A stretch of 64,000 bases of DNA, from contig CAWDDT010000005.1 in the NCBI GenBank assembly GCA_963801165.1, forward strand, positions 224,001 through 288,000. The letters run 5' to 3'. The DNA is from an uncultured bacterium (GTDB lineage: Bacteria > Actinomycetota > Acidimicrobiia > Spongiisociales > UBA5794). The position numbers and the translations under genes are program-made. The stretch's first letter is position 1. Every line of letters starts with the position of its first letter. The notes beneath the pieces were generated by a model that saw only the letters and a program-made list of their open reading frames with translations, had not been told where the DNA came from and ran no database searches. Positions 10,081-19,961 of the stretch are shown here, in pieces.

Positions 10081-11069
10081 CACTCAGGGTGGGGGTTCTG
10101 GGAGTAGGGGCGATGGGGCGTCATCACGCGCGGATTTGGCGCCAGATGGAGGGGGCGGAGCTTGTCGCCGTCGCTGATCCGGCCGGCGACCCCGGGCGGG
10201 CCGCGGTCGGGCTGCCCGTGGTTGCCACGTGCGAGGAGTTGCTGGACATCGGCATCGACGCCGCCTCCGTCGTCGTGCCGTCGAACCGGCACGAGGAAGT
10301 GGGTCTCAAGCTGGCCAGGGCCGGAGTGCACGCCATCATCGAGAAGCCTGTGGCCGACACCGTCGACGGTGCCCGGCGTCTCGCCAAGGAGTTCGACAGC
10401 GCCGGGCTGGTCGGCGTGGTAGGTCATGTCGAGCGCTACAACCCGGCCATCATCGAGATGCGCCGAAGGCTACAAGACGGTGAGCTCGGCCAAATCTACG
10501 CGATGTCGACCCGGCGGGTCGGCCCGTTCCCCACTCGCATCAGCGATGTGGGCGTCGTCCTCGACCTCGCAACCCATGACATCGATCTCATCAGGTCGCT
10601 CAGTGGGTCGTTCGCCACCTTGCACTCCGTGTCGCAGTCGGTAATCGCAGGTCCCAACGAAGACATCATCGAGGTCATCGGCGTGCTCGAGAGCGGGGTG
10701 ATCGCCACGATGAGCGTCAACTGGGTCAGCCCGGTCAAGGAACGAAAGGTGAGCGTCGTCGGCACCCGGGGGGCCTTCGTCGCGGACCTGCTGTCTGCGG
10801 ATCTGACGTTCTACGAGAATGGCGACGTGCGCACCGAATGGGACGACATCAGCCGGCTTCGCGGAGTCACCGAGGGCAACCGGATCACATATGCGTTCCA
10901 GAAGCGGGAGCCCCTCGTCACCGAGCTCGAGGCGTTCCGCGACGCTGTGCTCGGCGACACCGAGGCACAGATCGTGACCCTTGCCGACGGAGTTGGTGTC
11001 CTCGAGATGGCCGAAGAGCTGTTGGGTAAGCGCAGACACGACAACCCACCGTATTCCATATGCCACTGA
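10077..11069 (+). CDS. Gfo/Idh/MocA NAD-dependent sugar dehydrogenase (WbpB/WlbA-like)
   Basis: GVGAMG Rossmann motif, EKP, GHVERYNP, DLATHDID. Confidence 0.88.
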   Translation: MTLRVGVLGVGAMGRHHARIWRQMEGAELVAVADPAGDPGRAAVGLPVVATCEELLDIGIDAASVVVPSNRHEEVGLKLARAGVHAIIEKPVADTVDGARRLAKEFDSAGLVGVVGHVERYNPAIIEMRRRLQDGELGQIYAMSTRRVGPFPTRISDVGVVLDLATHDIDLIRSLSGSFATLHSVSQSVIAGPNEDIIEVIGVLESGVIATMSVNWVSPVKERKVSVVGTRGAFVADLLSADLTFYENGDVRTEWDDISRLRGVTEGNRITYAFQKREPLVTELEAFRDAVLGDTEAQIVTLADGVGVLEMAEELLGKRRHDNPPYSICH

Positions 11070-12163
11070 AGACGCTCACAGTTGTCGGCGCCAGGCCGGA
11101 GTTCGTGCAGACCGCCCCTCTGGCTAGGGAGATCGCACATCGGGATGGGATCACCGGTGGTCTCATCCACACCGGCCAGCACTACGACTATGAGATGTCC
11201 GAGCTGTTCTTCTCCCAGCTCGACCTCCCCGAGCCGCTCTACCACCTCGGTGTCGGCTCGGGCTCCCACGGGGTTCAGACCGGCGCCATGCTCGCCGCCC
11301 TCGACCGCGTGTATCTAGCTGAGCGTCCGGACATCGTGATCACACACGGTGACACCAACTCGACTCTGGCGGCAGCCCTGTCGGCTGCCAAGCTCGGAAT
11401 CACCGTCGCCCACGTCGAGGCCGGGCTGCGGTCGTGGAACCGGGTGATGCCCGAGGAGCTCAACCGGGTGGTCGCCGATCATCTCGCGGACCTGCTCTTC
11501 TGCCCTGGTGCGGCCGCCGCGGCGAATCTCGCCGGCGAGGGCATCACCAACGGCGTGCATGTGGTCGGCGACCTGATGCTCGACTCACTCAACTGGACGA
11601 TGAAGTCGGTAGACGCTGTAGCGACGCTCGACCGGCATGGCCTGGCGGCGGGCGAGTACTTCTTCGCGACTATCCACCGCGCCGAGAACACCGATGATCC
11701 CCACCGTCTCGCGGCGATACTCGAAGGGCTCGGCCGGGTGGGCAGGGACCACACGGTCGTGCTGCCTGCACACCCGAGGACTCGCCCGCGCATTCGGGAC
11801 CTCGGCGTACCCGCAGGCGTTCGCCTCATCGACCCGGTAGGACACCCGGAGGCGATGGCCCTCGTCCAGAACGCCCGGGTCGTGCTCACCGACTCGGGAG
11901 GGCTACAGAAGGAGGTCTACTGGCTGGGCACGCCGTGTGTGACGGTGCGCACCGAGACCGAATGGGTAGAGACGGTAGCCACCGGATGGAACCGCCTCGC
12001 CGATGCCGACCCGGCCGCCATCGAGCTTGCCGTCAAGATGGCGCTCACCGACACCCCACCGCATCCCGAGCTCTACGGCGACGGGCACGCGGCTCGCCAC
12101 ATCGTCGATCGTCTTCTCGCCCACGGCGCCGAACCCGAAAATCCCCTGGAGGAACGATGGTAG
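11060..12163 (+). CDS. Non-hydrolysing UDP-N-acetylhexosamine 2-epimerase (WbpI/WecB family)
   Basis: VGARPEF, HTGQHYD, GDTNST, HVEAGLRS, TDSGGLQKE. Confidence 0.92.
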   Translation: MPLKTLTVVGARPEFVQTAPLAREIAHRDGITGGLIHTGQHYDYEMSELFFSQLDLPEPLYHLGVGSGSHGVQTGAMLAALDRVYLAERPDIVITHGDTNSTLAAALSAAKLGITVAHVEAGLRSWNRVMPEELNRVVADHLADLLFCPGAAAAANLAGEGITNGVHVVGDLMLDSLNWTMKSVDAVATLDRHGLAAGEYFFATIHRAENTDDPHRLAAILEGLGRVGRDHTVVLPAHPRTRPRIRDLGVPAGVRLIDPVGHPEAMALVQNARVVLTDSGGLQKEVYWLGTPCVTVRTETEWVETVATGWNRLADADPAAIELAVKMALTDTPPHPELYGDGHAARHIVDRLLAHGAEPENPLEERW

Positions 12164-13491
12164 AAGGACCGACACGATGGGGGATCGTCGGCGGCGGTAT
12201 GCTCGGCATGGAACTGGCCCGGCAGCTGGCGCGGGCCCGAGGCGTGGTCACGGTCTTCGAGGCTGCGTCGGAACCGGGCGGTCTTGCTATGACCTGGGAG
12301 ATAGCGGGCACCCGGTGGGACAAGCACTATCACGTGATCCTTCCGACCGACACGCGTCTCGTCGCCTTGCTCGATGAGCTCGGGCTCGGTGGCGACATCG
12401 CTTGGGAGAAATCGTCGACCGGGCTCTTCGCCGGAGGCAAGCTCTACTCGGTTTCGAGCACCAGCGAGTTTCTCCGGCTGCCGTCACTTCGGCTCATCGA
12501 CAAGTTCCGGCTCGGAGTCACGATGCTGTACGCCTCCCGGGTCAACGATTGGGAACGGCTCGAGAAGATCTCTGCCGAGAAATGGCTGTCCCGCTGGTCG
12601 GGAGCCCGGGCCTACCGGGAGTTCTGGAGACCGCTGTTGCGGTCGAAGCTGGGCGGTAACGCGGATCTGGCGTCGGCGGCGTTCATCTGGGCGATCATGA
12701 AACGGCTGTATCGGGCCCGCACGTCGGGCGCCAAGGTCGAGAAGCTCGGGTTCGTACGCGGCGGCTACGCCCAGGTGCTTGACGCTCTGGTTGCGGCCAT
12801 CGCCGACGCCGGGGTCGAGCTACGCACCAGCGCCCCGGTGGAGCAGGTGAAGGCGAACAGCGACGGCAGGGTGACCGTCACAGAGAGCAACGGCACCCAG
12901 CACGAGTTCGACCGGGTTGTGGTAACCACGGCGGCGCCGCTCATCGGCCGCATCGTCGAGGGTCTGACCGCCACCGAGCGAGCCCGTCTCGATGGAATCG
13001 TCTACCAGGGCATCGTATGTGCGTCGCTGGTGTTCGACCGTCCCCTCGGTGGCTTCTACGTCACCAACATCACCGACGATGGGTTCCCATTCACGGGTGT
13101 CATCGAGATGTCGGCCCTGACCGGAACCGAGATCTTCGGTGGCAAGCACCTCGTATTCCTCCCCCGCTACACCACCGCCGACGACGAAGCGTGGAGCTGG
13201 AGCGACGACGAGGCCGTTGCCCGGTTCACCTCCGGTCTGCAACGCATGTACCCGGACCTCGCTCCTGATGCGATCGTCGAGGCCAAGGTCTCGCGGGTTC
13301 GCAACGTGCTCGCCGTCTCCACCATCAACCATTCTCAATCGATCCCACCGCTGTGGACCTCGGTCCCGGGAGTGGCGATCGTCAGCTCGGCGCAGATCCT
13401 GCACGGCACGCTGAACGTCGACGAGACGCTTGGTGTGATCGAGGCCGCGCTGCCCGGGCTTCTCGGCGACAAAGGAACCACAGATGACTAG
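12157..13491 (+). CDS. FAD-dependent oxidoreductase (amine oxidase/protoporphyrinogen oxidase-like) of glycan loci
   Basis: IVGGGMLG, FEA..EPGGLA, DKHYH. GGAGG SD and translational coupling within the operon. Confidence 0.8.
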   Translation: MVEGPTRWGIVGGGMLGMELARQLARARGVVTVFEAASEPGGLAMTWEIAGTRWDKHYHVILPTDTRLVALLDELGLGGDIAWEKSSTGLFAGGKLYSVSSTSEFLRLPSLRLIDKFRLGVTMLYASRVNDWERLEKISAEKWLSRWSGARAYREFWRPLLRSKLGGNADLASAAFIWAIMKRLYRARTSGAKVEKLGFVRGGYAQVLDALVAAIADAGVELRTSAPVEQVKANSDGRVTVTESNGTQHEFDRVVVTTAAPLIGRIVEGLTATERARLDGIVYQGIVCASLVFDRPLGGFYVTNITDDGFPFTGVIEMSALTGTEIFGGKHLVFLPRYTTADDEAWSWSDDEAVARFTSGLQRMYPDLAPDAIVEAKVSRVRNVLAVSTINHSQSIPPLWTSVPGVAIVSSAQILHGTLNVDETLGVIEAALPGLLGDKGTTDD

Positions 13492-14464
13492 GAAACCCGC
13501 CCCCCTCTCCCTCGACCTCGACAACAAGTGGTCGTATCTGAAGACTCACGGTGAAGATTCGTGGCAGTCGTTCCCGAGCTATCTCGACACCATCGTCCCC
13601 CGTGCGCTCGACATGCTCGCCGAGCGCGGGTGGAACATCACATGGTTCATCGTCGGCAAGGACGCCGACACCCCCTCCAACGGGGACGTCCTGCGGTCGA
13701 TCGTCGACGCCGGCCATGAGATCGGAAACCACAGCTACCTGCACGAGCCGTGGCTGCATCAGTACACGAAGGCCCAGCTCGTCGACGACCTGGGCAGAGC
13801 ACACGATGCGATCGCCAAGGCAACCGGTGCTGCGCCGGTCGGGTTCCGGGGCCCGGGTTTCAGCCTTTCGGAGAACACGCTCGAGGTGCTGAAGTCGCTC
13901 GGGTACGGGTTCGATGCCACCACGTTCCCCAACATCCTCAACCCGGTCAGCCGTCTCTACTACCTGCGCACCAGCAACCTCTCCGACGAGGAGAAGGAGA
14001 AGCGCAAGGCGCTCTTCGGGACCACCAAAGATGCACTCCGGGCCAACCGCCCGTACGAGTGGCTCCTCCAGAACGGGGAGAAGATCGCCGAGGTGCCGGT
14101 AACAACGATGCCGCTGTTCCGGGTGCCGATCCATTTCAGCTACGTCATATGGCTGAGCGGCAAGTCGATGTTCCTTGCCCGAACGTACTGGCGGATGTCG
14201 CTCGCCATGTGCCGCCTGGCCGGAACGGTTCCGTCGCTGCTCATGCATCCGCTCGACTTCCTGGGAAGCGACGACGAGCCGGAGCTCGGGTTCTTCCCCG
14301 GCATGGACATGCCCGCCGGAAGGAAGGCGGAAGTCCTCCACGAGCTGCTCGACATGTGGGCGGCGCACTACGAGGCGATGCCCATCGGCCGGTATGTGAA
14401 TCAGCTCAGCGGTCTCAAGACTCGTCGTCCTGATCTGATGAAAGCCGAGGCGGCAAGTCGTTAG
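13484..14464 (+). CDS. Polysaccharide deacetylase (CE4-like)
   Basis: SLDLD, TWFIVG, HEIGNHSYLH, GFRGPG, LMHPLDF. Confidence 0.85.
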   Translation: MTRKPAPLSLDLDNKWSYLKTHGEDSWQSFPSYLDTIVPRALDMLAERGWNITWFIVGKDADTPSNGDVLRSIVDAGHEIGNHSYLHEPWLHQYTKAQLVDDLGRAHDAIAKATGAAPVGFRGPGFSLSENTLEVLKSLGYGFDATTFPNILNPVSRLYYLRTSNLSDEEKEKRKALFGTTKDALRANRPYEWLLQNGEKIAEVPVTTMPLFRVPIHFSYVIWLSGKSMFLARTYWRMSLAMCRLAGTVPSLLMHPLDFLGSDDEPELGFFPGMDMPAGRKAEVLHELLDMWAAHYEAMPIGRYVNQLSGLKTRRPDLMKAEAASR

Positions 14465-15491
14465 TGCGGCTGAGGATTGAGGTCCCCAGGTGGAAGATCT
14501 CCTCGAAGTAGCGCTTCTGCTGCGCCGACATGATCCCGAGACTGACCAGCTGGATCGATACCAACAGTGAGATCCCGCCCACGATGAAGCTGTGCGGCGA
14601 GAAGGCATAGGCCCGGGCAACCGCGGCCGAGAACGAGGCCTCTGCTCCCGGGGGAACGTTGAGCAGCTGATGGATCGTGTGATACGCCGACCACCCGAGC
14701 GAGTACACCGCGGCAATCGCGACCAGCAACCCGGGAACGATGAAGTAGAAGAACGGACGGAACAGGAAGCTGGAGAAGCCCTGACCCAGGATGCCGCGCA
14801 AGATGCGGATGCTCGAGCCACGCTCGGGCACCTCCAACTGGTTGCTCCAGTCCAGGTGGGCGGGGATCTCGACTATGTGCGCCCGCAATACCTGGGCCTT
14901 GTAGATGATCTCGGTGTTGATCTCGAAGTCCCACGCTTTGAGGTTGAGTTTGTGCAGAAACACCGTGTCGTAAGCCCGCACCATCCCCGTGAGAGTCGAG
15001 AAGTTGCCCTTTGCGCTCAGCGAGAGAAGCTTGTTGGCCCAGCGGCTCAGCTTCTCCCGGAACCACGGCACCGCGGTGACCTTGCCACCTTTGATATATG
15101 GTGAGGCGATGACCACCTTCGCCCTCGTCTCGACGATGGCGTCGGCAAGAGCCCCAATGTGCTCGGGACCGTAGCTGAGGTCGGAGTCGAGGACGATTGT
15201 GTAGTCGCCGCGGGCATTGGCGAACGCGTACCGTAACGCCTGGCCGAGGTTGAAATTGGTGTGGTGGTGCAACGCCCGGATGCGGGCGTCTTTGGCGGCG
15301 TACTGATCGATGATCTCTCCGGTGTTGTCACGGCTGCCATCATTGATGGCGAGGATCTCCCACGTGTAGCGGTCTTCGATCCCGGTGAGATACGCGACGA
15401 CCTGATCGAGGGTGTCGGCGATCAGCGCCTCCTCGTTGTAGGCGGGCAACACGACAGTGAGCGATGGGAGCCGTCCGGGCTTGTCATTCAT
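14415..15491 (-). CDS. GT2 polyprenyl-phosphate glycosyltransferase (DPM1/ArnC-like) with C-terminal TM helices
   Basis: VVLPAYNEE, INDGSRD, LDSDLS. The 3' end overlaps the convergent deacetylase by 50 bp. Confidence 0.88.
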   Translation of the reverse strand: MNDKPGRLPSLTVVLPAYNEEALIADTLDQVVAYLTGIEDRYTWEILAINDGSRDNTGEIIDQYAAKDARIRALHHHTNFNLGQALRYAFANARGDYTIVLDSDLSYGPEHIGALADAIVETRAKVVIASPYIKGGKVTAVPWFREKLSRWANKLLSLSAKGNFSTLTGMVRAYDTVFLHKLNLKAWDFEINTEIIYKAQVLRAHIVEIPAHLDWSNQLEVPERGSSIRILRGILGQGFSSFLFRPFFYFIVPGLLVAIAAVYSLGWSAYHTIHQLLNVPPGAEASFSAAVARAYAFSPHSFIVGGISLLVSIQLVSLGIMSAQQKRYFEEIFHLGTSILSRTNDLPPRLSSDQDDES

Positions 15492-15685
15492 ATCCACACG
15501 ATCGTCATTCTGGCACTCGACCTTCACCATTCTCTCGTCCACCTATCGTTCCTGGGTCATCTTGTGTCAAAATGGCCCCCATGCGGACCAACCGGCCACA
15601 AGAACGACGACGCCAGCTCTTTGCGGCTCCCTGACGTTGCGCCGCGCAGTCCCTCTCGTTCTAATCCATCCGCAAAGGAGCCCCC

Positions 15686-16954
15686 ATGTCCGATCTGGTA
15701 TCACGACAAAGAGAAGTGATCGCCCCTCTGTTTGCATTCGAGACCGATGACGAAGTCATCGATTCCGAAGGCACCTGGCTGATAACCCGCAGCGGGAAAC
15801 GGCTGCTCGACTTCACGTGTGGCATCGCCGTCAGCAACCTCGGCCACCAGCCACCGCACGTCAAACGGGCCATCATCCAGCAGGTCAACGAAGTTTGGCA
15901 TTCCGGTTCGACCTTCCGCTACCGGTCACTCGTCGAGTGGGCGGAGAACCTGCGCAGCGTCACCCCCGACGGCATCGAGACGTTCATGCCTATGAACTCC
16001 GGCGCTGAGTCGGTCGAGGGTGCGGTGAAGCTGGCGAGAAAGACCAGCGGTCGGCAGGGCATCGTCGCCTTCCGCGGCGGGTTCCACGGCAGGACGATGG
16101 GCGCGGTCTCGTACACGACCTCCAAAGCCAAGTACCGGCAGGGCTACCACCCACTGGTGGGGTCTGTCTTCATTGCCCCCTACCCGTGGCCGTTCCGCTG
16201 GAAGCTGGATCAGGAAGCCGCGTCGGCGCGCGCTCTCGAGGAGCTCGACTATCTGCTCAAGCATGAGATCACACCCGGCGAGGTGGCCGCGTTCCTGGTG
16301 GAACCGATGCAGGGAGAGGGCGGCTATTACCCGGGCGGCAAGACGTTTCTCCAGGGTCTGCGGGACCGCGCCGACGAGCACGGCATCCTGCTGATCATGG
16401 ACGAGGTCCAGACCGGTTTCGGTCGCACGGGTGACTGGTTCACGTCGCAGATCTACGGGATCCGCCCCGACATCCTCGTGATGGGCAAAGGTATCGCCAA
16501 CGGTCTCCCCCTCTCGGCCTTCGGGGCTTCCAAGGAGCTGATGGCCTCCTGGCCGCCCGGCTCGCACGGAACCACCTACGGCGGCAACCCGATCGCCTGC
16601 GCCGCATCGGCGGCCACGATCGAGGCCTTGCACGGCGTGGTTCCCAACGTGAACAAGCTCTCCGACCATGCGTTCGATCGCTGGATCGAGCTGAAGGAAC
16701 AGCACCCGACGATCGGCGACGTCCGTGGTCTCGGTCTGATGATCGGTGTCGAGCTGGTCAAGAAGGACGGCCATACGCCCGATCCCGACGCCTTCCCGGC
16801 CATCGGCGGCTACGCCCGGGAGCACGACATGCTGATCCTCCCCTGCGGACCCGACACGAACATCATCCGCTTCATCCCCCCGCTCAACGTCTCGACCGAG
16901 GAGCTGGACATGGGGATCGACATCCTCGCAGACGCCCTCACGGATTATGAGTAA
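15686..16954 (+). CDS. Class III PLP aminotransferase (4-aminobutyrate aminotransferase-like)
   Basis: NSGAESVE, FHGRT, EPMQGEGG, DEVQTGFGRTG, GKGIANG, HGTTYGGNP. AAGGAG SD. Confidence 0.92.
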   Translation: MSDLVSRQREVIAPLFAFETDDEVIDSEGTWLITRSGKRLLDFTCGIAVSNLGHQPPHVKRAIIQQVNEVWHSGSTFRYRSLVEWAENLRSVTPDGIETFMPMNSGAESVEGAVKLARKTSGRQGIVAFRGGFHGRTMGAVSYTTSKAKYRQGYHPLVGSVFIAPYPWPFRWKLDQEAASARALEELDYLLKHEITPGEVAAFLVEPMQGEGGYYPGGKTFLQGLRDRADEHGILLIMDEVQTGFGRTGDWFTSQIYGIRPDILVMGKGIANGLPLSAFGASKELMASWPPGSHGTTYGGNPIACAASAATIEALHGVVPNVNKLSDHAFDRWIELKEQHPTIGDVRGLGLMIGVELVKKDGHTPDPDAFPAIGGYAREHDMLILPCGPDTNIIRFIPPLNVSTEELDMGIDILADALTDYE

Positions 16955-16963
16955 TACCGGGCG

Positions 16964-17830
16964 CTAGCCCCTAGGCGATACGACCGCGCATTGCCTTGCG
17001 AACTCGAAACCGACGGAGGTGTATAGCGTGCTCGATGCCGGGTTGTCCGGGTCCCAGGCGATCTTGATGTGATCTGCACCTGCGTCGGCAAGCAGGTTGA
17101 TCCCGGTTGTCAGCACATGGCGCGCAAGCCCGCGGCGCTGGTGGTCGTCCTCGGTGCGCATAGGCTCGACGAGACCCGTTGCGGTTTCGGGATCGAACCA
17201 GAACAACCCGTACGCCGCAGGTCTGTCGCAACCATCGAGAACCACGAGGTCGAGATCAGCTCGATAGAGCGACGTCTGACGAAGCCGCTCCTCGACGTCG
17301 GGACCATTTCGGAGTCCCATGTGATGAGGATTCGAAAGCGTATCGAGGCGCGTCGCGAGCCGGTAATCCGGGTGCAGTGTGCTGATCACCGGCCGATCGG
17401 CGGCGGCGAGCCATGAGTCGACGCCCACGTCCTTCGTGGTCGTGAAGCCGTGCCCCGCCAGCGCCTCGGTCATGACGTCGTCTGCGCGGTCGATCACGAT
17501 GTCGACCGCATCAAATCCTGACTCGCTCGCATGAGCGAGGCCACTCTCGACGACATGAGCAACCCGGTCAGGGCTTGCGTCTGGCATGACAATGGGATCG
17601 AGACCGATCGAATCGCCCCAATCGGTTGCGATCACGGCCGCTTCTGGTCGGCCGGCGTCGTCGAGCCAGAAGAGCTGTGGAACACTGTCGGTAGACCGGG
17701 GTTTGCGCCACCACCATTGATAGTCCGCAGCCTCATATACACCCACCGTCGGATGCGCAGTGCGCACGCGCTGCAGAAGGGTCGTCACCCCTTCGAGATA
17801 TCGAATGCCAACCCGGTGCTCTTCGCGCAT
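16964..17830 (-). CDS. GNAT family N-acetyltransferase
   Basis: EPMRTEDDHQRRGLA acetyl-CoA motif, LYTSVGF. TAGGCT -10 element 6 nt upstream. Confidence 0.85.
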   Translation of the reverse strand: MREEHRVGIRYLEGVTTLLQRVRTAHPTVGVYEAADYQWWWRKPRSTDSVPQLFWLDDAGRPEAAVIATDWGDSIGLDPIVMPDASPDRVAHVVESGLAHASESGFDAVDIVIDRADDVMTEALAGHGFTTTKDVGVDSWLAAADRPVISTLHPDYRLATRLDTLSNPHHMGLRNGPDVEERLRQTSLYRADLDLVVLDGCDRPAAYGLFWFDPETATGLVEPMRTEDDHQRRGLARHVLTTGINLLADAGADHIKIAWDPDNPASSTLYTSVGFEFARQCAVVSPRG

Positions 17831-17856
17831 CCTCGCAGCCTATCAAGGCGGACCGA

Positions 17857-18357
17857 TCAGCAACTGCCGCCCTCGGCCGAGGCCTTGATCCCGGCGAGAA
17901 CGGCCTCCATGTTCTTCCGCCACTCGCCGAGACGAGCGGAAACGATCTGCTCTTCCATCTCCGGATTGTGGTGTATGAGCAGGGTCACGCCGGATCGGCC
18001 GGGCCCCATCTCAGCCCGCATGGCGACCCTCATTCCACCCTCTGCAAGCGGCTCGATGTCGTAGCGCCAGCGGGCACCGGGCGAGGCGGGATCCCCCACC
18101 AGATAGCCAAAGGACCGCTTCGGATCAAACACGTCCACCGTGCTGATCGTTTCCCACTCGCCGATGAAAGCGTTGCTGTTGCGGCCGACGAACCGCGCCC
18201 CGAGCGCCGGGCCGGCGTCCAGCCATTCACCCCCCTGAAACTCGTCTGAGAAACACGAAGGGAAGTTGACGTCGGTGATCAGTGGCCAGATCCGCTCGGG
18301 CGGGGCGTTGACCACGACACTCGTCTCGACAGTCGGCAGGTCGGCGAAGCGAGCCAC
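17857..18357 (-). CDS. SRPBCC / polyketide cyclase-like protein
   Basis: APPERIWPLITD, GARFVGRN, C-terminal helix LAGIKA. Confidence 0.85.
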   Translation of the reverse strand: MARFADLPTVETSVVVNAPPERIWPLITDVNFPSCFSDEFQGGEWLDAGPALGARFVGRNSNAFIGEWETISTVDVFDPKRSFGYLVGDPASPGARWRYDIEPLAEGGMRVAMRAEMGPGRSGVTLLIHHNPEMEEQIVSARLGEWRKNMEAVLAGIKASAEGGSC

Positions 18358-18388
18358 GATGTCAGACTACCGCCACCGGAACCGTGCG

Positions 18389-19879
18389 TCAGATGCGCCG
18401 CTGCCGGAGACCGCCTTCTGGTCGTCCCGGCCCGGGTGTGAAGATGCCGGCGACAGCACCGGCCAGGGCGACGATCACCATCCAGTCGCCGAGCCTCGTG
18501 TAGAGGGTTGGCCCCGCGGCGCGGTAGTGCACTTCACCGTAGATGACCTTCTCTTCGAGAAGATCGGTCTTCTCCCCTACGTCGCCTTCGGCGGTGATGA
18601 ACGTCGACCTTCCTGTGATCGCCGCCAGGATGAGATCCTGACCCACCGCGGCCGCGTTCACCCGAGCCATCTCGATCAACTGATCCGATGCCGGAGCATC
18701 TGGACCGTAACTGCTCTCGTTGGTGGCAATCACCAGCAGCTGAGAGCCGGCCCTGGCCTCGTCACGTATGTTGCGGCTGAACGCTCCTTCGAACGAGATG
18801 ACCGAGCCGAGCACGCCGTGTTCTGGAATCTGAAAGACGACCGGCTCAGTACCGGGGATCATGTCCCGCGGCACCTGGTCGAGCTGAGGGATGAAGCTGA
18901 ACAGATCCCGGAGCGGCACGAACTCCCCAAACGGCACCGGATGACGTTTGTCGTACCGGCCCACCTCAGTTGCGAATCGCGAGTAAACGATGTTGGTGTT
19001 GACAAACGACTTCTCATCCACGACGTGGGTGCCACTTACGAGCATGTATGCCCGGAGACGCTGCGCCTCCACCTCGAGTTCCCGCTCGACATCCGGATTC
19101 CCGATCGGGTCGAACGGCGAGCCAAACGAGTTCTCCCCCCACACAACCAGATCGACGGTGTCCCTGGGTATCTGCCGGGTCAGCGCCAGATGCTGCTCGT
19201 AGATCCGCTGGTTCTCGTTCTGGCAATGCGTCTGTGGGCAGGGGGTACTCCCCTGGACGATGGCGGCGTTGACGACCGGGCCGTCGGCGTGCGGGGGAAA
19301 CAGGACACCGGCCATGACCAGGAGCAGGGCAACCACGGCGGGATCGACGAGCAGACGCCAATTGCTCGTATCTTCGATGACCAGCGTGATTCCTGCGGCG
19401 ATCCCTGCAGCTAGAACGGTCCACCCGGTCGGTCCGATCCACTGCACCGACCCGATGAATCCCGGATTGCCGGCGGCAGCGTACCCGAGCGAACCCCAGG
19501 GGAAGCCACCCCAGGGGAAGTAGCTCTTGACCAGCTCCCAAAGCGTCCAGCCACCGACTGCCACTATCCACCAACGTGCCGCCGGCCAGCCCCGGAACGA
19601 CCAGACGAGCAGACCGTATGCCGCGGAAAGCGTCCCGAGCCAAAGCGTCAGCGGGATCCAGGCCACCATGCCGAGAACACCGATCCACGAGAGCAGGAGC
19701 CCGAAGAAGACGGCTCCGTAGACAAAGCCGACGGCTATGGCAGTGGCCGCTGATTCCGCACGCCGCAGACCCCACAACAACGGGACCGGGGCGATGAAGG
19801 CCAGGATCCCGATGTCGAATGGCGGAAAGGAGAGCCACATCAAGATGGCCCCGCCGAGCGCGGCAGTGTAAGGAATCAT
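18389..19879 (-). CDS. lnt: Apolipoprotein N-acyltransferase (Ser at the catalytic Cys position)
   Basis: N-terminal TM region with GFPW, QG, WGENS, YDKRHPVPFGE, ISFE, TNES. Confidence 0.9.
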   Translation of the reverse strand: MIPYTAALGGAILMWLSFPPFDIGILAFIAPVPLLWGLRRAESAATAIAVGFVYGAVFFGLLLSWIGVLGMVAWIPLTLWLGTLSAAYGLLVWSFRGWPAARWWIVAVGGWTLWELVKSYFPWGGFPWGSLGYAAAGNPGFIGSVQWIGPTGWTVLAAGIAAGITLVIEDTSNWRLLVDPAVVALLLVMAGVLFPPHADGPVVNAAIVQGSTPCPQTHCQNENQRIYEQHLALTRQIPRDTVDLVVWGENSFGSPFDPIGNPDVERELEVEAQRLRAYMLVSGTHVVDEKSFVNTNIVYSRFATEVGRYDKRHPVPFGEFVPLRDLFSFIPQLDQVPRDMIPGTEPVVFQIPEHGVLGSVISFEGAFSRNIRDEARAGSQLLVIATNESSYGPDAPASDQLIEMARVNAAAVGQDLILAAITGRSTFITAEGDVGEKTDLLEEKVIYGEVHYRAAGPTLYTRLGDWMVIVALAGAVAGIFTPGPGRPEGGLRQRRI

Positions 19880-19961
19880 CGAATCAGGGAGAGTAGCCAC
19901 GGATCTTCGTTGTGCGGCGGGAAGACGGATAGAGAGGGCCCCGTGCCGTAGGCTGCCGCCC

